IMG/VR virus record: IMGVR_UViG_3300044724_002702
Span: 1 to 29,882 of that record
Reading direction: 5' to 3' (one strand)
DNA: 29,882 nt
DNA from: a virus
Lineage: Duplodnaviria; Caudoviricetes
The position numbers and the translations under genes are program-made. How positions within the stretch are numbered: the first letter of the stretch is position 1; every line of letters begins with the position of its first letter. The notes beneath the pieces are model-generated. The model did no database searches. It was given only the letters and a program-made list of their open reading frames with translations, and was not told the origin of the DNA. This document shows, one piece after another, positions 24,381 to 29,882 of the stretch.

Positions 24381-25094
24381 ATGGCACTTCCTAAGTGGAC
24401 TGAAGAGCGTACAGCCGCTCTCGTATCTTTCGTAGGCGACGAATCACCTGTCTCTTACGCAACTGTTGTTGAAGCCGCTGACGAGTTGGAAACCTCACCC
24501 AAGTCTGTAGCAGCAAAGCTGCGCAAAATGGAGTTTGAAGTAGAATCCTCAACAGCCGGCAACACTCGTGTATTCAGCGAAGATCAAGAAGGCACTCTTC
24601 GTGCATTCGTTGAAGACAACTCTGGTATGTACACCTACAGCCAGATTGCTGATGCCTTTGAAGGCGGAGCTTTTAGCTCTAAGCAAATTCAAGGCAAGTT
24701 GCTGTCAATGCAATTGACTGAGCACGTTAAGCCTACTCCCAAGCAAGAGTCTGTTCGTACATTCTCTGAAGATGAAGAAGCAACTTTCATCTCTATGGCT
24801 AACAACGGTGACTTCCTCGAAGACATCGCAGATGCTCTAAATCGTTCTGTTAATCAGATTCGTGGTAAGGCTCTCAGCCTTCTGCGTACTTCTGCTATCG
24901 AAGCTATTCCTGCTCAACGTGAGAGCAAGGGTTCTACTCGTGTAGATCCTCTGGAAGGCATTGATGTTGCTTCTATGACTGTAGAAGAAATTGCAGAAGA
25001 GATTGGCAAAACTGCCCGTGGCGTTAAGACTATGCTTACTCGCCGTGGTTTGACTGCTTCTAACTACCCCAAAGCTAAGAAAGCTACTGCTTAA
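24381..25094 (+). CDS. D5: T5 D5-like DNA-binding protein
   Basis: repeated HTH-like units; YTYSQIA, KQIQGK, QIRGKALSLLR, RGVKTMLTRRGL. Confidence 0.88.
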   Translation: MALPKWTEERTAALVSFVGDESPVSYATVVEAADELETSPKSVAAKLRKMEFEVESSTAGNTRVFSEDQEGTLRAFVEDNSGMYTYSQIADAFEGGAFSSKQIQGKLLSMQLTEHVKPTPKQESVRTFSEDEEATFISMANNGDFLEDIADALNRSVNQIRGKALSLLRTSAIEAIPAQRESKGSTRVDPLEGIDVASMTVEEIAEEIGKTARGVKTMLTRRGLTASNYPKAKKATA

Positions 25095-25115
25095 TAAGTA
25101 ACTTATCTAACCTTG

Positions 25116-25147
25116 CTGGACAGGGAGTAATCTCTGTCCAGTTTTTT
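25116..25147 (+). terminator. intrinsic terminator
   Basis: CTGGACAGGGA-GTAA-TCTCTGTCCAG-TTTTTT. Confidence 0.88.
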
Positions 25148-25179
25148 GCTGCTTAACTGTCTCTGCGAGGAACCTATAC

Positions 25180-26520
25180 GTGAACCTGTCCAGTATACTG
25201 CTCAAGTCTATTATCGCGGATGGCGATATGGACGTGTGGGCTGACTGTGAACAGCACTATTTTCCCGTTGAATATCATACTATCTGGAAAACTCTGAACT
25301 CTCACGTTCAGAAGCATAGTACTTTGCCTACATTTGAAGAATTAGCGATTGCCATTCGTGATGGTCAACTTCGTGACAGATTTTCTTCACTTGAAAAAGT
25401 TGAGTATATTGATATTCCTAATGAGACTCTTCTTGAGTATCTCAAAAATGAGTATACTCAGATAGAAATTATGCAGCAACTAGAGAAGTACTTAGATAAT
25501 ACTATCGCTACAGAGTCTGCGGCAGAGTCCATAGAAGCTCTGCAGGATATCGTTCTTGACGTCGAGAGCAAGGTCGATACCCGCCCGCGCAGTGAAAATA
25601 TGCAGAAAGTAGAACTTATATCCTCTCCAGATGACCTGGAGCGTAACATAGTACTTGGACTAAACAATGACTATGATAAGATTCAAACTTTCGGCAGGAC
25701 TGATCTAATTCTAGTAGGTGGACGTAGAGGTGCAGGTAAATCTGTTACTTGTGCCAATATGGCTGTCAATGCTTATGAATTAGGGCGTTCATCTTTATAC
25801 TTTACTATTGAGATGGACACGCAGTCTACGCTGCAAAGAATGTGTTCTATAGCTACTGGAGTACCTGCTGCGGCTATTCGTAACGGAAACTTGTCACTGG
25901 GTGAGTGGCAACTAGTAGCTGAGTGGTTTAGTTCACGTTTTGAAGACGGCGAGAAGCATTATCACAAATATCTTTCCCATCGAGACTTCCGTAAATTGCA
26001 GTCTGAGCTTTCTGAAAATCCTCTACGGGAAGTACAGCTTGATATTATATATAATCCGTCCCTCACTTTGGCGAATATTCGCACAGAGTTAGATAAAAAG
26101 ATTAAAAGACTAAATCCAGGTCTTGTAATCGTTGATTATATAAATCAAGTTAAGCGTGGAGGGATGTCTAATAATAGAATGGGACAATATGATTGGACAG
26201 AACAAATTGAGGTTAGTAAAGCACTGAAGACCTTCGCACAAGAGTACGAAGTGCCTTTCATTTCCCCTTATCAGATTGACGCCACGGGAGAGGCAAGATT
26301 TGCTAAGGGCATATTGGATGCCGCAGATGCCGCGTTCACTCTCGAAACTCACAATAAAGAGGATAACATTATTAGCTTCAACTGCGTAAAAATGCGAAAT
26401 AGCGAAGAACGTAACTTTACTTCAGTTATGGACTGGACTTCTCTTCGTATCGGCCCCGAAACTGGAGTAATTCCTAGGGACGGAGAATCTTCTGAAGATG
26501 TATATGAGGAGATCGCATGA
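25180..26520 (+). CDS. D6: DnaB-like replicative helicase (T5 D6-like)
   Basis: Walker A GRRGAGKS; YFTIEM; Walker B VIVDYIN; ARFAKGILDAAD. Confidence 0.92.
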   Translation: MNLSSILLKSIIADGDMDVWADCEQHYFPVEYHTIWKTLNSHVQKHSTLPTFEELAIAIRDGQLRDRFSSLEKVEYIDIPNETLLEYLKNEYTQIEIMQQLEKYLDNTIATESAAESIEALQDIVLDVESKVDTRPRSENMQKVELISSPDDLERNIVLGLNNDYDKIQTFGRTDLILVGGRRGAGKSVTCANMAVNAYELGRSSLYFTIEMDTQSTLQRMCSIATGVPAAAIRNGNLSLGEWQLVAEWFSSRFEDGEKHYHKYLSHRDFRKLQSELSENPLREVQLDIIYNPSLTLANIRTELDKKIKRLNPGLVIVDYINQVKRGGMSNNRMGQYDWTEQIEVSKALKTFAQEYEVPFISPYQIDATGEARFAKGILDAADAAFTLETHNKEDNIISFNCVKMRNSEERNFTSVMDWTSLRIGPETGVIPRDGESSEDVYEEIA

Positions 26521-27344
26521 GCGCAGTTGAAGATTTACTTTCTGAGCGAGGAATCTATTATCAGATTTCTGGTAAGGATGTAAAAATAAAATGCCTAAAT
26601 CCGGATCATGATGATCGTAACCCTTCGATGAGAATTGACCGGATTTTAGGTGTTTTTCATTGCTTTTCTTGTGGCTATAAGGGTAGTTTATTTCAACATT
26701 ACGGCGTTGAAGTTAGCCAAACTGGATTAAGAAGAGAAAAATTACGAAGAAAAATTAATGATATTAGAAGTAGTGGGGTTGGCTTGGTATTGCCAGAAGG
26801 AAGTACCCCGTTTAAAAGAGACTGGAGAGGTATTTCTGCCTGTACATATGAAAAGTTTGAAGCCTTTTATAATATTGGAACAAACTTTAATGGCAGAGTA
26901 AATTTTCCAATCAGAGATGCTAGTGGTAGAATTATTGCATTCCAAGGTAGAGATGAAACAGGTACACTACCTAACAAGTATATGTTTACTCCTTCAGGAG
27001 TTAAATTGCCATTATTCCCTATGGCAGAACCAATACAAGGGAAAGTTATTTTAGTAGAAGGTATATTTGATATGCTAAATCTACATGATAAAGGATTAAC
27101 AAATGCTATTTGCTGTTTTGGTGTAAATAACTTTAATGAGCAAAAGCTAGAGTTACTAAAAATTTCCGGGGTCACCGGACTAGACCTTATTTTTGATGGA
27201 GATGAAGCGGGTAAAGGCGCAGCAGATAGGATTAAAAAACTAGCTGGCGACTTCCCAGTAAGACAGGTCGGTTTACGGTCCGGTGATCCCGGAGACTTAA
27301 ATTTACAGCAAGTACAGAATATTAGGAGAAGATTATATGGCTAG
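26517..27344 (+). CDS. pri: DNA primase (Zn finger + TOPRIM)
   Basis: CLNPDH...CFSCG; LVEGIFD; FDGDEAG. Confidence 0.93.
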   Translation: MSAVEDLLSERGIYYQISGKDVKIKCLNPDHDDRNPSMRIDRILGVFHCFSCGYKGSLFQHYGVEVSQTGLRREKLRRKINDIRSSGVGLVLPEGSTPFKRDWRGISACTYEKFEAFYNIGTNFNGRVNFPIRDASGRIIAFQGRDETGTLPNKYMFTPSGVKLPLFPMAEPIQGKVILVEGIFDMLNLHDKGLTNAICCFGVNNFNEQKLELLKISGVTGLDLIFDGDEAGKGAADRIKKLAGDFPVRQVGLRSGDPGDLNLQQVQNIRRRLYG

Positions 27345-29625
27345 TGTAGCCTTAATTGAAGCAAAGAAGTCGAACAATCGCTATATGGACTTTTTTCCTT
27401 TTGAATTTGATCAGTTTAGTTTGTGCTCAGACCCCAAAGTAACTAAAGTACTAAAGAAAGATGTAGACTTAAACTTTGACCCAGATACCTATGAGTGGGT
27501 TATTCTCGTAGGCTCTGAGCCATTGAAGCACTTTACTAAAGTTACTAAGGTTATGGATTATGCAGGAACAATTGTAGAAGACAAGTTTCTTCCTACAATT
27601 AATCCTTCTATGCTAACCTTTAAGCCTGAGGCTAAGCAAACTTGGGAAAAGTCTCTTGAAAATATTTGTGCTTATATTTCTGGAGAAAAGAAGAAGGCCG
27701 ATATTAATGAAGAGGTAGCTTTCGGCATTCAAGATACGGAGAAAGCTAATGAATTTATTCAAGCAGCAATTGATTACGATAAAGAATACGTTGCTCTCGA
27801 CTCTGAGACTACTGCGCTCTACCCTCGTAACGGTCATATCTTGGGTATTAGTATGTCTTATGACGGTCTTAGGAGTTGTTATATTGACGCTGATTGCCTT
27901 AATGATGATAGTGAAAGACTACTACAACAACTTTTTGATAAGAAAAGAGTAATCTTTCACAATGCAAAGTTTGATATTCCGATGTTTGAGTATCACTTTA
28001 ATGTAAAAATTCCAGTCTTTGAAGACACTATGCTAATGCATTATGTTATTGATGAGCGTCCTGGAACTCATGGACTGAAGCAACTTGCTATGCAGTTGAC
28101 AGACTATGGAGACTATGAGAAGCCCATGTATGACTGGATGGAAGCATACCGTAAAGAACGCGGTATTCTTAAAGATGACTTCAAATGGGAGTGGATACCC
28201 TTTGATGTTATGAAAACATATGCTGCAATAGACGCATTAGTAACATTTCAAATATACGAAAAGTTTCTAAATGCTCTGAGCAAAGGCAACCCTAACTTGA
28301 ATCGTGTGTATAAAACGATTCTTTTGCCTGCCTGTAGATTTCTTATGGACGTGCAAGATAATGGAGTACCCTTTTCTCGCGAACGATTACTTCTGAGTCA
28401 AGACCTTATGTCAGAAGAAATCTATGAAGCAGCAGATTTGTTGGCCCAGCAAGAAGCCATTCAGCGATTCCAAGAGGATGAAGGGAAGGAGTTCAACCCT
28501 AATAGTGTTGTCCAACTTCGCAAAGTTTTATTTGACTATGCTAACCTCACACCTACTGGCATCACGACTGAAAAGGGTGAACACTCTACTAACTCTGAAG
28601 TACTGGAGAAACTATCGACTCAACACGATATTCCTCGCCTGATTTTAGACGTTAGAAAAAAGAGTAAAATCAAGAATACTTATCTTGATAAAATTATTCC
28701 ACAGCTAGATAAAGATAGTCGACTACGTACTAACTTTAACTTGCATGGAACTACCTCTGGAAGACTATCTTCTAGTGGTAAATTAAATATGCAACAGATT
28801 CCACGAGACAATCCAATTGTCAAAGGTTGCATAAAGGCTACAGAAGGGCACAAAATTGTGGCGATGGACTTAACAACTGCAGAGGTTTATGTAGCCGCTG
28901 TGTTGGCAGATGATCTAGAGCTACAAGAAGTATTCCGTAGTGGTGGCAACTTTCACTCTACTATCGCACATAAGGTATTTAGACTTGACTGTGAAGTTGA
29001 TGAGGTTGCTGAAAAGTACGGAAGCTATCGTCAGGCTGCAAAAGCTGTTACGTTCGGCATCATGTATGGTGCTGGGCCTAACAAAATTGCAGAGCAAGTT
29101 ACAAAAGACGGTGGAAGCATGACAGTTCCAGAAGCAAAGCGAGTTATTAAAGATTACTTCGGAGCATTCTGGAAACTAGAAGAGTGGATTAATGAACAGC
29201 AAGACTTTATTCGTAAGAATGGTCATGTTTACTCTTTCTTTGGACGTAAGCGTAGGCTTGCTGAAGGCAAGAACCAGCCTGGTCAAAAGCCAAGGGATTT
29301 TAACGCTCAACAAAGTCATGCTATTCGATCTGGACTAAACTTTCTTGTTCAGTCTGCTGCATCTGATATTAACTTACTAGGTGCGGTTGAAGCAGGTAGT
29401 ATTATTAAGTCTAAAAATATGAGTTCTCGAATCTTTGCATTGGTTCACGACTCGGTTCTTGCAGAAGTTCCGATAAATGAGATAGATGAGTATTCAGCTA
29501 TTCTCAAAGAGTGTATTCAACGAGATAGAGGTATCATGATTCCGGGCTGTCCTGTAGGCTGTGACTTTGAAATCGGTGATGATTACTCTATGGGTAAATT
29601 TAATGCTGCCGGTTTTGAACTATAA
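27337..29625 (+). CDS. polA: family A DNA polymerase with 3'-5' exonuclease
   Basis: Exo I DSET, Exo II HNAKFD, Exo III YAAID; motifs A DLTTAE, B RQAAKAVTFGIMYG, C VHDS. Confidence 0.97.
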   Translation: MASVALIEAKKSNNRYMDFFPFEFDQFSLCSDPKVTKVLKKDVDLNFDPDTYEWVILVGSEPLKHFTKVTKVMDYAGTIVEDKFLPTINPSMLTFKPEAKQTWEKSLENICAYISGEKKKADINEEVAFGIQDTEKANEFIQAAIDYDKEYVALDSETTALYPRNGHILGISMSYDGLRSCYIDADCLNDDSERLLQQLFDKKRVIFHNAKFDIPMFEYHFNVKIPVFEDTMLMHYVIDERPGTHGLKQLAMQLTDYGDYEKPMYDWMEAYRKERGILKDDFKWEWIPFDVMKTYAAIDALVTFQIYEKFLNALSKGNPNLNRVYKTILLPACRFLMDVQDNGVPFSRERLLLSQDLMSEEIYEAADLLAQQEAIQRFQEDEGKEFNPNSVVQLRKVLFDYANLTPTGITTEKGEHSTNSEVLEKLSTQHDIPRLILDVRKKSKIKNTYLDKIIPQLDKDSRLRTNFNLHGTTSGRLSSSGKLNMQQIPRDNPIVKGCIKATEGHKIVAMDLTTAEVYVAAVLADDLELQEVFRSGGNFHSTIAHKVFRLDCEVDEVAEKYGSYRQAAKAVTFGIMYGAGPNKIAEQVTKDGGSMTVPEAKRVIKDYFGAFWKLEEWINEQQDFIRKNGHVYSFFGRKRRLAEGKNQPGQKPRDFNAQQSHAIRSGLNFLVQSAASDINLLGAVEAGSIIKSKNMSSRIFALVHDSVLAEVPINEIDEYSAILKECIQRDRGIMIPGCPVGCDFEIGDDYSMGKFNAAGFEL

Positions 29626-29882
29626 GCAGGTACTGAGAAATATAGTATTTCCAGTATATGTTATTTCTTCGGAGGAAACATCCTATGAAGACGGGTTGTT
29701 ATTTATTGGAGGAAAAATAGTAGACGATAGAAACCAAAGCGGGGACACTATTGGAAAGAGAAGACTAGTTTCTCCTCATCCGTTAGGAAAATTAGGCAAA
29801 ATTTGTTTTACTTTTATAGAAATGCTTGATTCTAAAAGTACAAAGTTTATTGATACTTGTGGTAGAGCTTTTGAATATAAGA
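29603..29882 (+). CDS. conserved T5-like hypothetical protein following polymerase (3' truncated)
   Basis: open frame to window end: ...IVFPVY...VDDRNQSGDTIGKRRL... Confidence 0.7.
   Translation, partial: MLPVLNYKQVLRNIVFPVYVISSEETSYEDGLLFIGGKIVDDRNQSGDTIGKRRLVSPHPLGKLGKICFTFIEMLDSKSTKFIDTCGRAFEYK

Noticed and set aside
227-29122. Antisense or alternate-frame ORFs in the track (e.g. 227-610, 2309-2569, 4203-4478, 8972-9301, 9486-9758, 20861-21145, 26867-27175, 28424-28642)
   Set aside because: They overlap better-supported genes, lack SDs and motifs, and look like shadow ORFs.
1-29882. CRISPR array, integrase, IS element, intein or reverse transcriptase
   Set aside because: No regularly spaced repeats or such motifs seen; polymerase, helicase and thyX have ordinary lengths.

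Overview
Fragment of a lytic T5-like (Demerecviridae-like) phage genome, probably aquatic/marine. The right third (19.9-29.9 kb, + strand) is the T5-type replication module in T5 order: D2, D3, PC4-like, split NAD ligase ligA/ligB, D5, D6 helicase, primase, family A polymerase. 12.7-19.8 kb (+) holds hsp20, a lysozyme, a methyltransferase/glycosyltransferase/2OG-oxygenase cluster, a DenV-like glycosylase, a beta-barrel-like protein and thyX. 1-12.5 kb (-) holds mazG, a second glycosyltransferase/methyltransferase pair, a chain of very basic small proteins, a six-gene cluster of exported proteins with pilin-like and chaperone-like members, holin/spanin-like genes and small hypotheticals. Twelve near-consensus sigma70 promoters and four intrinsic terminators are readable by eye. 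The most unusual items: (1) a ~485-nt, hairpin-dense transcription unit lacking a credible ORF, with its own promoter and terminator (1031-1517, -), a candidate large structured ncRNA; (2) the exported pilin/chaperone-like cluster; (3) a small secreted protein with a TonB-box-like motif; (4) two structured leaders resembling fourU and ROSE thermometers. All family calls come from motif recognition and recalled gene order; no database searches were run.
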